In this document: positions 38,809 to 46,837 of the stretch, in pieces
Layout of the letters: each line of letters opens with the position of its first letter
How positions within the stretch are numbered: position 1 is the first letter of the stretch
Source of the DNA: a virus
Lineage: Duplodnaviria > Caudoviricetes
Direction: 5' to 3' (one strand)
IMG/VR virus record: IMGVR_UViG_3300037461_001070
Coordinates: 6,721-70,720 of that record
Length of the DNA stretch: 64,000 nucleotides
The notes under the pieces: model-generated
What the model saw: the letters and a program-made list of their open reading frames with translations, nothing else
Database searches by the model: none
What the model was told of the DNA's origin: nothing
Translations under genes and position numbers: made by a program

Positions 38809-39507
38809 TTATAATGTTTGTATACTTCTTGTTTTTTTAATCAGGGATATATATTCAACCAATTCTTGTTTTGGAGAAAACCATTCGTTTTTTGTTCTGA
38901 AATTACTGAATCTTTCATGAAGATATTTTTCATTTTTTGGATGGGTTTTTATAGTGCAAAGAATTGTTAATTCTCCACCATGAGCCGATTCTATTTCTTT
39001 TTTGCGTCTTATTACATTATTAGAATAACCTATTTTTATAAGTCCTGTTATTGAAGACTGGAAGAAATATACTGATCCCCATCCATCGTTCTGCTTTTCA
39101 ATGTCATTTTTAAGAATACATTTATTGCACACATATGTTAAAGAAATATATTGTGAATTATTGGAGTGTATTTTTTTGCACTCTGGACATATATGTAGAT
39201 AATCTCTATGTCCTGGGGATTCTTTTATGTTCTCATATAATTTTATCAGAAAAAGATTTATTTCGAGAATATAATCGTCTTTATCTGAATCTATTATTTC
39301 CGATAATTTTATTTGGTTTATAAGTTTATTATCTTTGTATATTTCAACAATAACATATTTATTGTTTATCCCTGAATCAAAAACTGATAATTTTATGTCT
39401 ATTTTGCTTCTTTCTTTTGTTTCTAAATTAAATAATATTTCTTTTTTATTTTTATAAAAATAGAATGAAATATCTTGAAGGATGGAATGTAAATGTCTTA
39501 GATCCAT
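38809..39507 (-). CDS. GIY-YIG (T5orf172/MUG113-like) nuclease
   Basis: VYFFQS...IKIGYS...RKKEI...EKYLHERF...NEWF. Confidence 0.85.
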   Translation of the reverse strand: MDLRHLHSILQDISFYFYKNKKEILFNLETKERSKIDIKLSVFDSGINNKYVIVEIYKDNKLINQIKLSEIIDSDKDDYILEINLFLIKLYENIKESPGHRDYLHICPECKKIHSNNSQYISLTYVCNKCILKNDIEKQNDGWGSVYFFQSSITGLIKIGYSNNVIRRKKEIESAHGGELTILCTIKTHPKNEKYLHERFSNFRTKNEWFSPKQELVEYISLIKKTRSIQTL

Positions 39508-39520
39508 TTAAAAATAAAAA

Positions 39521-39597
39521 TGCCATTCAGAAGGGTAGTCCGGTTTTCGACTTTTTATTGTCTACAACCGAGGGATGACTGGCCCTTCTGGATGGCA
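39521..39597 (-). promoter_or_regulatory. Long leader hairpin upstream of the GIY-YIG gene
   Basis: TGCCATCCAGAAGGGCCAGTC pairs with GACTACCCTTCTGAATGGCA on the minus strand. Confidence 0.55.
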
Positions 39598-39650
39598 TCT
39601 CCATTACAAGGTTATTGGCTTTCCCTTAAACCAAAAGCTATTGTTAAGAT

Positions 39651-39680
39651 AGCATAATCATTTATATTATATCTTGTCAA
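39651..39680 (-). promoter_or_regulatory. Candidate sigma70-type promoter
   Basis: TTGACA-18-TATGCT on the minus strand. Confidence 0.45.
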
Positions 39681-39722
39681 TAAAAAAAAAAATAAAAATG
39701 CAGGAGATTTTACCTCCTGCAT
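39679..39722 (-). terminator. Rho-independent terminator ending the candidate ncRNA
   Basis: ATGCAGGAG/CTCCTGCAT stem followed by a long U tract on the minus strand. Confidence 0.8.
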
Positions 39723-40236
39723 ATTGTTATTCAGAAAGTTCGACTTATGTTGCGGATAGTAAGCCGTTTTTATACAGTCTTTACCGCTTTAGACCATTAA
39801 CTTCTGAATTTACAATGTGAGCCGTGAAGAATTGAATCCTCAGTCCGTTGATCAATCAGACCCGTTACAGGCGGCTCTACCAATCGGATTAGTCTGGTGA
39901 ACAATCATGCCTGCAAACATGACCCAAAAACGTTGCCAGCGCGTATCCTCTTGATTCTTAAATCCTGATCCGATGTGCTATCAATGGTATCGATCCATTC
40001 GAACCAGGGTTATGCAGCCCTGATCATCACCTGATATAGCGACCATGCTAATTCCGCAGCTCTCTTAAAGGTTCTATGCGCCTTAAAGATGGATCTCAAC
40101 AACATCACTTTATCCATGTCGATCTAAAGGGGTTAACAAAAGATCTGGGGGTCATGGAATTCCTGGCTACTGGCATGTGGTTCAGGAATATAATATTGTA
40201 AAGATCCATCTTTAACACGCATATTTTATCTGCCTT
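39700..40236 (-). ncRNA. Candidate large structured non-coding RNA (about 540 nt)
   Basis: No ORF of 60 aa or more; about 42% GC by hand count versus AT-rich flanks; own promoter and terminator; multiple helices. Confidence 0.7.
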
Positions 40237-40242
40237 ATCTAT

Positions 40243-40271
40243 ATTATGCCAAAATAAAAATATTAGATCAA
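40243..40271 (-). promoter_or_regulatory. Promoter of the candidate ncRNA
   Basis: TTGATC-17-CATAAT with extended -10 TG. Confidence 0.6.
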
Positions 40272-40456
40272 GATTTTTTTTCTTTTTTATTATTTTTTAA
40301 TTCTTTTATCCCCTTATATTTCTCGCCGCATTTGAAACAGACGTGATTATTCGGTATTTCTCCGAAGAACTGGATATCACATCCACACCTACATGTTATT
40401 ATTTTGTGGGAACTCATATTTTCTGACCTCGATATCATGATTTTTTGCATATCCAA
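40268..40456 (-). CDS. Small zinc-ribbon protein
   Basis: CRCG...CFKCG; real start probably downstream. Confidence 0.5.
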   Translation of the reverse strand: MDMQKIMISRSENMSSHKIITCRCGCDIQFFGEIPNNHVCFKCGEKYKGIKELKNNKKEKKS

Positions 40457-40643
40457 TTATTTCGTCACAATCTTTTCTAGCGAAATATGTTCCACAACAT
40501 AAAAGAATTCCGTTGATACAACCCAGGATAGAATTTATTCCCGACACATAAATAGTATCTTTTATGTTTGAGACATCTTTAAAAATTTCATATTGCCTGG
40601 CGTTTCCACACAAGACAAAAATATTTCCTCTGTTTTCAAGCAC
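40389..40643 (-). CDS. Hypothetical protein
   Basis: 84 aa ORF. Confidence 0.5.
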   Translation of the reverse strand: MLENRGNIFVLCGNARQYEIFKDVSNIKDTIYVSGINSILGCINGILLCCGTYFARKDCDEIIGYAKNHDIEVRKYEFPQNNNM

Positions 40644-40870
40644 TACATGGTATCCTTATATAATTTTAAAGCCGTTAATATTGATAACGCCACTACTTGT
40701 CTGGATCTGATTTTCCCCATCTCTTCAAGCTGTGTCAAGAACATAATACACATACCTTTTCTTCCTGGATTTATTTCGGTATAATCCCATTCTTCTGTGT
40801 AATCAGTAAAGGTTTTGACCAGATCTATGCTTTCATCTGATCTGAAAAAGAAGTTTTTAATCGGTTTCAT
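40643..40870 (-). CDS. Hypothetical protein
   Basis: 75 aa ORF, coupled. Confidence 0.5.
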   Translation of the reverse strand: MKPIKNFFFRSDESIDLVKTFTDYTEEWDYTEINPGRKGMCIMFLTQLEEMGKIRSRQVVALSILTALKLYKDTM

Positions 40871-41730
40871 CCTAGCACCTCTTTCATTATTGCATGAGCC
40901 TCTTCCTGGGGAAGAACTCCTGGATCTCCTTCTTTTAACAAGATCATGTCAACTTCAAGTCCTACTCCAGCAAGCTCATTCCCTAGCTCATCAGCTCTTT
41001 TCCTGGCTTCTTCTCCAGCATCATATAATAATGTTATTTTCTTGAATCGTTTTGAAAGCAATAAAACCTGTTTCTTTGTCCAGCCCACACCAAAAGTTGC
41101 GGCACTACCTCGGCCCATACGCCAAACATCGGTGCAGCCCTCGACGATAACAGCGTGATCACCACGACAGCGATCTATATTATAAAGTATGTGTTTGTGA
41201 TGTATTACCTCGTCTTTTCTTTCGCAAGCCCTGTAACGAAGTGGAGACACTCCTGTCCAGTCCCGGCCCAGATACGACACTAACTCGAATTCATAATAAA
41301 TTGGCAGAATTATTCGATGAGAAAAATTTCCGATATTTCCAGTGGCAAGAACTCCATATTCTTGTTCGATATAGTCTGGATCAAATCCTCTTTTTCTGAT
41401 ATAATCTTTGTGCTTATCCTGTAATGGACCGCATCCGAGTGGGAATTTTATTTTGTCTGCAACCTCAATCTTCTCTTCTCTATTTTTATATTCATCAGAT
41501 TCATATAAGGTCTTGACCTGATCCCAGGATTCATTGATTATCAATCGTATGGCTTCCTCTATGTTGTGTCCTCCACATTTCCAGCACGAAAAGAATCCAT
41601 TAAAATGAAAACCTCCATGCTTTCCATCATCATCACAGAATGGACACATGATATTTACGAATCCCCTGGAATTTTGTGGGGAAAAATCTATGTAGAAATC
41701 AGTGAATAATCTTTCGAAATCAAATACCAT
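40867..41730 (-). CDS. DNA primase (Zn finger + TOPRIM)
   Basis: CPFC...CWKC, RIILPI, IVEGCTD, LLYDAG, GDPG. Confidence 0.9.
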   Translation of the reverse strand: MVFDFERLFTDFYIDFSPQNSRGFVNIMCPFCDDDGKHGGFHFNGFFSCWKCGGHNIEEAIRLIINESWDQVKTLYESDEYKNREEKIEVADKIKFPLGCGPLQDKHKDYIRKRGFDPDYIEQEYGVLATGNIGNFSHRIILPIYYEFELVSYLGRDWTGVSPLRYRACERKDEVIHHKHILYNIDRCRGDHAVIVEGCTDVWRMGRGSAATFGVGWTKKQVLLLSKRFKKITLLYDAGEEARKRADELGNELAGVGLEVDMILLKEGDPGVLPQEEAHAIMKEVLG

Positions 41731-41911
41731 GTATCATAACCCACGATTTTTTTAGGAATTCTATGCCATCCTCAAAAGTATTGGAATTAAGAAATCCATG
41801 AATATAATAAGGACTTAATCCGGTCTCTTCTCGCATTCTATTTATCCGGCCCTCATTCTTTGAATCATAATATTTTTTAAGAAGTGGAATTGTTATAAGT
41901 TTTGTCGTCAA
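41720..41911 (-). CDS. Hypothetical HTH-like protein
   Basis: INRMREETGLSPYYIHGFL. Confidence 0.4.
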   Translation of the reverse strand: MTTKLITIPLLKKYYDSKNEGRINRMREETGLSPYYIHGFLNSNTFEDGIEFLKKSWVMIHGI

Positions 41912-41916
41912 TTTAT

Positions 41917-42078
41917 TTTGTCCGTAAATTTATTTTTCCAGATCTTCCAATATTTTTTGTACCACTCTTTTTCTGTTATCCCCAAGAATTTGCTCATGCT
42001 TGATGGAGTCAACTCTCCGTAGTGTTCGAGAAATGCTTTTATTCCTGATCTCGTACTTTCTGGTAAGTCCTTGCCCAT
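41917..42078 (-). CDS. Small hypothetical protein (53 aa, MGKDLPES...)
   Basis: Hand-translated; GAGG SD. Confidence 0.35.
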
Positions 42079-42102
42079 ACAATATCCTCGCTATAAGTAA
42101 TA

Positions 42103-42288
42103 TTACCATGCTCTTCTCTTTGGTGTTCTTTCGTTATTTCTATCAGAAAAATTTTGCTCTATCTGTTTGTTAAGTATTTTAGAACATAATTTACAACTTA
42201 CCTTGTCCTTATCATCGGTAAGCTCTATTCCTAGAAAAGATATACTACATATGGATCTATGACCCTCTCGCCGGTAATGAACTGACAT
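42103..42288 (-). CDS. Small zinc-binding hypothetical protein
   Basis: H...C...VSCKLC. Confidence 0.5.
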   Translation of the reverse strand: MSVHYRREGHRSICSISFLGIELTDDKDKVSCKLCSKILNKQIEQNFSDRNNERTPKRRAW

Positions 42289-42461
42289 TATTTTCCTTTC
42301 CTTGTTTCTATTTCATCAAAAATTCTTCTCTTCAAATACTCAAATCCTTTCTCTATCTTTAAAACCTTGCCGATATGGATATCGAGATAATGGCAGTCAA
42401 AACATAGACCTGTTTTATTGAATCCAGTTAATTTCTTCCCACATATTTTACAGATTTTCAT
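42288..42461 (-). CDS. Small zinc-ribbon protein (57 aa)
   Basis: Hand-translated MKICKICGKKLTGFNKTGLCFDCH; ATGA/TAATG coupling. Confidence 0.65.
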   Translation of the reverse strand: MKICKICGKKLTGFNKTGLCFDCHYLDIHIGKVLKIEKGFEYLKRRIFDEIETRKGK

Positions 42462-44065
42462 TTTATTCTCTTCGATTTATATTCGTTTATAAGATATGTC
42501 AATAAACTTTTGTTCTCGGTGTCAGCTCCATCCATGACAGCATCAAGAGTTTTTCTTTTGTTGTCTAATAATGTAGCAATATCCTCTTCTATCGTATTCA
42601 GTCCAACCAAATAATATGCCATTGTCGGAACTTTTTTATTTACGTCGATGACACGATCCTCGGCTTGGTCATGATTACCAGGAACCCAATCCATTTCTAT
42701 GAAAGCCGTGTTTTCTGCTGCTGATAATTGTATTGCTGATCCCGCAGCTTTTATATTGCCTATGAATAATGTTATTTCTTTTTTGTTTTGGAATGAATCT
42801 ATTGCGTTTTGTTTCTTGGCCGGACTGTCGCCACCATAAAGAGTAACGCATCTCCCAGAAAATTTTTCGGCCAAAGCATCAACAACATTCCTGTGTATAC
42901 AGAACACAACAAGCTTTTCTGATTCAATAAATGATTCGATCCATTCCACGATCTGATCGAATTTGCCTTTTACTGCAAGTTGTTTTAACTTTTCAAATCT
43001 CACTACTGTCTCCGCCCATGCTGCTCTTCGTGCCGCCGCATCTCCGTCATTGTCTCGAATATACTGTATTATATCTTTTTCTGCTTCATCATATTCTTTT
43101 CTGTTGTTTAACTCCATGGGTATAATAGATCTTTCTTTATCAGGAAGATCAGAATACACTTCTTTTCTTAATCTTCTTATCATGAACGATTTTTTTAAGA
43201 CTTCATTAAGACGCTTGGTATTACTAGATCCTTTTCCAGAAGGATCTCTTGCCGCATCACAGTATTCGTTTAAAAATCTTTGATGACTATTGAACATCTG
43301 GCCATCAATTAAATTCAGAATATTCCAAAATTCAGAGGGTCTGCTCAGGATAGGTGTTCCCGATATCCCTATTACATGTTCTATATTCTTACCTATGTAT
43401 TTAACAGCTCTTGTTCTCATTGCTTTCTTGGATTTGATGAGGTGGCATTCGTCTAATATTAAAAGCTTGGGTTCAAATTCAAGAATCAAATCAATATATG
43501 TTGAGAGTATATCATAATTTATTATCAATATATTGTCTTTTTCAGATAAGGCATGGGAATGGCCCTGCACTATAACATGTTTTTCATGGGTAAGCCACTT
43601 CGAGCATTCCCTTGACCATCCTATTTTGTATGAGGCTGGAGGAACTATTATAGCCGGTCTTAGTTCGGGATGAAGAATCATGTATGATAGGGCTTGGATC
43701 GTTTTTCCTAGTCTCATCTCGTCGGCAAGCAAAGCCCTGCCGTTTAACTCTTCAAGTCTTTTCACGCCCTCGACCTGGAATGGCCTTAACGCTAACCCTA
43801 CAGGTAAATCGATTTTGAGAGGTCTGGAATTATTCTTGCCTGTCCAATTCTCTAATTCGCTATTTTTAGAAAATCCTAGCTCAGTGATTTTATCCAGACC
43901 ATATCTGTTTAATGGTATTGACCACTTCCCTGTCTCTCCATGATACTGTCGGCCCGGAATCGTATTTATTTCGGATATGAGTGATCCTTGTCTGCTCCGT
44001 GGAACTCTGACAGACAAATATATTCGGTCATCATTCAATACCGCATTTTTTATTTCAGATCGCAT
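42458..44065 (-). CDS. SNF2-family helicase/annealing helicase with HARP-like N-terminus
   Basis: LADEMRLGKT, DECH, SGTP, RRL, QAEDRV. Confidence 0.9.
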   Translation of the reverse strand: MRSEIKNAVLNDDRIYLSVRVPRSRQGSLISEINTIPGRQYHGETGKWSIPLNRYGLDKITELGFSKNSELENWTGKNNSRPLKIDLPVGLALRPFQVEGVKRLEELNGRALLADEMRLGKTIQALSYMILHPELRPAIIVPPASYKIGWSRECSKWLTHEKHVIVQGHSHALSEKDNILIINYDILSTYIDLILEFEPKLLILDECHLIKSKKAMRTRAVKYIGKNIEHVIGISGTPILSRPSEFWNILNLIDGQMFNSHQRFLNEYCDAARDPSGKGSSNTKRLNEVLKKSFMIRRLRKEVYSDLPDKERSIIPMELNNRKEYDEAEKDIIQYIRDNDGDAAARRAAWAETVVRFEKLKQLAVKGKFDQIVEWIESFIESEKLVVFCIHRNVVDALAEKFSGRCVTLYGGDSPAKKQNAIDSFQNKKEITLFIGNIKAAGSAIQLSAAENTAFIEMDWVPGNHDQAEDRVIDVNKKVPTMAYYLVGLNTIEEDIATLLDNKRKTLDAVMDGADTENKSLLTYLINEYKSKRIK

Positions 44066-44127
44066 TATAAACCCCTTTATCTATATTATGCAATTTCTAC
44101 ATAATTTCAATAAATTTTTCCAATAAA

Positions 44128-44151
44128 AAAGCCTACTTTTCAGTAGGCTTT
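44128..44151 (-). terminator. Terminator of the early operon
   Basis: AAAGCCTACT/AGTAGGCTTT stem with U tract on the minus strand. Confidence 0.75.
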
Positions 44152-44154
44152 GTC

Positions 44155-44361
44155 TTATCTTATTTTTGTTTCAGCGATTATCAGGTCAAGACAGCTCATG
44201 CAAATCCTCCAGTACCCGTATCCGCCTTTAGGAAGAGAGAAACATACTTCTTCCTTGACTATCTTTTTCCTGCATACCGAACACTCTCTTTTTGCTTTTG
44301 CTCTGTCAACAAGTCTTTTCGCTATCTCTTCCGGAAGCAGTGTGCCATAATATTTTCCCAT
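44155..44361 (-). CDS. Small zinc-finger protein (PARP-type-like CSVC...CMSC)
   Basis: Start moved to ATG 44361 behind the AAAGGGGTT SD. Confidence 0.6.
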   Translation of the reverse strand: MGKYYGTLLPEEIAKRLVDRAKAKRECSVCRKKIVKEEVCFSLPKGGYGYWRICMSCLDLIIAETKIR

Positions 44362-44431
44362 GATTGTAACCCCTTTATTTAATTTTAATTTGCTCATAAT
44401 GGCCCTTTTATAAAAGGGCCATATCAACAAA

Positions 44432-44962
44432 CTAATTCATGACAAGAATACTCTGCACTTCTTTGAATGCCGTCATTATCTTTTTCCTTTTCCAGCCTTG
44501 ACCGGACAGGTATGATCTGATCAATGTCTTATGCACTTTTTTTGACCATACTGTTTTGTCTTTTCTTTTTATCAGCTTCATCATATCCGGGGGAGGATTC
44601 AGGGCAAGATCAACACATATTTTTGCGTCTCTACCCAAACTATCAAGTGTTGCTCTTGCTATCGTGGTCTCGACATAATCATCGGGAACAGGATATTCCG
44701 GCATTTCCTCGAAATCAATTTCTTTGCTTTTAATCTCTCTCTGTTCCCGGACGTACCTGTACAGGTTAAAATAAAGTGAAGCACTCAGGTATGTACTGAA
44801 TTTCGCTCCATTTGATTTTTCCTGTCTCCAGTGATGACAGCACTCAACAAAAATCTGATTTCCTTCACTTTTCAGATCATCGTAATCCATTCCGGTAAGC
44901 CTAGATAAATTACGGGCGAAGGATTTTATCAGATTTTTATTCTCTTCATATAATTTTTCCAT
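44432..44962 (-). CDS. Phage sigma-factor-like protein (sigma70 region 2)
   Basis: YEENKNLIKSFA...DDLKSEG...KFSTYL. Confidence 0.7.
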   Translation of the reverse strand: MEKLYEENKNLIKSFARNLSRLTGMDYDDLKSEGNQIFVECCHHWRQEKSNGAKFSTYLSASLYFNLYRYVREQREIKSKEIDFEEMPEYPVPDDYVETTIARATLDSLGRDAKICVDLALNPPPDMMKLIKRKDKTVWSKKVHKTLIRSYLSGQGWKRKKIMTAFKEVQSILVMN

Positions 44963-45025
44963 GATACACCCCTTTTATTTAATTTTAAGACTTGCGGATC
45001 GGGCCTATGGCCCTCACCGTAAAGC

Positions 45026-45115
45026 TTAAAATGCGAGCATAGCAATTTTAAATATTGCTATCCATAGAAGTATTGACATGAATACTACCAGAAAAATATA
45101 TTTCATTCTTATCAT
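45026..45115 (-). CDS. 29-aa hydrophobic single-TM micropeptide
   Basis: Hand-translated MIRMKYIFLVVFMSILLWIAIFKIAMLAF; GGAG SD; ATGA overlap. Confidence 0.5.
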   Translation of the reverse strand: MIRMKYIFLVVFMSILLWIAIFKIAMLAF

Positions 45116-45558
45116 GATAAATCTCCTATGTTTTTGATAGTAAAATCGCCATACTCCATGCCATCATATGTAACACAGTCTTGTTTAAACACTAATTCAT
45201 TGTCAACATCACTCATGTCATATCTATAACCGAATCCTTGAATAAATTCAAATCTTACTGTTGACATGTATGTGAAGTGTACCCATTTGAGCGGTCCAAT
45301 CATTGGCCCATTCACTCCCCAATCCTGACCCTTTATTCTGTCGTCACCATTTTTGAATCCATGAATGAGGCAGATATACAGGCCCGGATCAATTTCTTGC
45401 TCTGGTGTTTCGTTCGTGATAGGAATACTTTTTATTTTTTCTTCCTCGTCTTCAATCGCTGTTCTCATACATTCCCGGCATCGTCCATTCTTAACCGTGA
45501 AATTATCGAATCCAGAACAATCAGAACAGAAACCCTTATTACTTTTTATTGTGATCAT
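45112..45558 (-). CDS. Early hypothetical protein with N-terminal Cys cluster
   Basis: CSDC...CREC; leader element upstream. Confidence 0.6.
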   Translation of the reverse strand: MITIKSNKGFCSDCSGFDNFTVKNGRCRECMRTAIEDEEEKIKSIPITNETPEQEIDPGLYICLIHGFKNGDDRIKGQDWGVNGPMIGPLKWVHFTYMSTVRFEFIQGFGYRYDMSDVDNELVFKQDCVTYDGMEYGDFTIKNIGDLS

Positions 45559-45643
45559 GATCTTAACCCCTTTTTAGATTTAAACCTTGACAAAATAGGT
45601 TTATGTCTGTACTGCATATGTGCAGTACAGTATAATCCTGCTT

Positions 45644-46081
45644 TTATAAACAACCATCTTCTTTAAAACTATAATAACCTTCCTCGGTTATTATGATGTG
45701 ATCAAGTACAGGAATTCCTAAAATGTTTCCTGCATCCCTGACACGGTTTGTTGTGATAGTATCCTCATGAGACGGTACTAATTCACCACTAGGATGATTA
45801 TGAGCGATAATCACAGACACAGCCAGCACTTCAATAGCTCCTGAAAATATTTCACGAGGATGTACTATTGCTTCTGATATAGTGCCAACACTGACTTCTT
45901 TCCATGCTATCATCTTGTTTTTATTGTTTAGATAAATAGCATAAAAATGTTCCTGTACTGCTGTACCAACTTTTGGCATAAGAAAATCATAGACTTTCTT
46001 GGGACTGTCTATGTATGCCATATCTTTAGGCATACTATCCTTTGACTTATAACGCAATTCAATTTCCTTAACTACTATCAT
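45644..46081 (-). CDS. radC: RadC-like JAB/MPN domain protein
   Basis: EHF, VHPREIF, AHNHPSG...PSHED, LDHIII. Confidence 0.9.
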   Translation of the reverse strand: MIVVKEIELRYKSKDSMPKDMAYIDSPKKVYDFLMPKVGTAVQEHFYAIYLNNKNKMIAWKEVSVGTISEAIVHPREIFSGAIEVLAVSVIIAHNHPSGELVPSHEDTITTNRVRDAGNILGIPVLDHIIITEEGYYSFKEDGCL

Positions 46082-46162
46082 GATTTTAACCCCTTTTTAA
46101 TTATAATTTTTTCGTGTCTCTGCACTATCAATATAATGCAGAGTACCAAAAAACTATCTGTC

Positions 46163-46756
46163 TTAACCCATATAACTTTTTCTGTCTTGATCATCAGTGT
46201 AATTTTCCCGGTCTTGTCCGGCGGTCTCTTCTTTTTGTTCTGACAGGTCGGTATACTTCCATACATCAAAGGAATTGCCTGACGCTACTTTCTCGAATTT
46301 TCCACCGATATACTCGGCAATTCTAGGATAGCATGAAGTACCGACTCCGCCCTCGTAATAGACGTGTTTGTACTTTCTATTTTCATTGTGATAGTTGCCA
46401 ATACCATAAGGGTGTCCGGTAAGATCGCCTTTTTCATGAAGCTTGTATTTAAGAAAAGCGTTAAACACTCCGGCAATAACCGTACTTTCCTTGTCATAAC
46501 CACAACCACTACATGTAAATCCTTCGACTCTTACATACATCTGTGCTTGCCCATCTTTAAAACGAACGTCAGCCACCGCATGAGGATTTGATCCCCATGT
46601 GCGCGATCTCTTCCATTCAATTGAAATTATTATTGAATCTACTTTCAATTGATTGACTTCGCTTTCATAGAGCAACCGCTCTTTCTCTTCTTTCCGGGCT
46701 TGCTTCCTTGATTCGGCTCGGCTTAGTTTTTCTTCTGTTGTCATTCTTTTTGTCAT
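46163..46756 (-). CDS. Early hypothetical protein (GCGYDKES motif)
   Basis: 197 aa; leader element upstream. Confidence 0.6.
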   Translation of the reverse strand: MTKRMTTEEKLSRAESRKQARKEEKERLLYESEVNQLKVDSIIISIEWKRSRTWGSNPHAVADVRFKDGQAQMYVRVEGFTCSGCGYDKESTVIAGVFNAFLKYKLHEKGDLTGHPYGIGNYHNENRKYKHVYYEGGVGTSCYPRIAEYIGGKFEKVASGNSFDVWKYTDLSEQKEETAGQDRENYTDDQDRKSYMG

Positions 46757-46837
46757 GATTGTAACCCCTTTTTAGATTTTAAAACCGTAATGGTTTTATG
46801 TCTGTTCTGAAAATAATTTCAGAACAGTACAAAGTCA

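Noticed and set aside
39729-39880. Hammerhead, twister or pistol ribozyme
   Set aside because: Conserved catalytic core sequences were not found by eye
39895-39960. SAM-I riboswitch (ATCAAGAG and TGGCAAC on the minus strand)
   Set aside because: P2 kink-turn/pseudoknot and the bulged U are missing, and no downstream gene is controlled
39815-40044. Canonical tRNA genes or tmRNA
   Set aside because: Short acceptor stems, 8-9 nt anticodon loops, no CCA, no G3:U70 and no tag reading frame; kept only as tRNA-like mimics
42288-42461. Frameshifted zinc-ribbon pseudogene
   Set aside because: Re-reading shows an intact 57-aa frame
45588-45636. Plus-strand TTGACA...TATAAT promoter
   Set aside because: Spacing is about 37 nt; both hexamers belong to the leader hairpin element
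46078-46269. 63-aa ORF overlapping the radC leader
   Set aside because: Runs through the conserved hairpin/SD leader and overlaps the real gene 46163-46756
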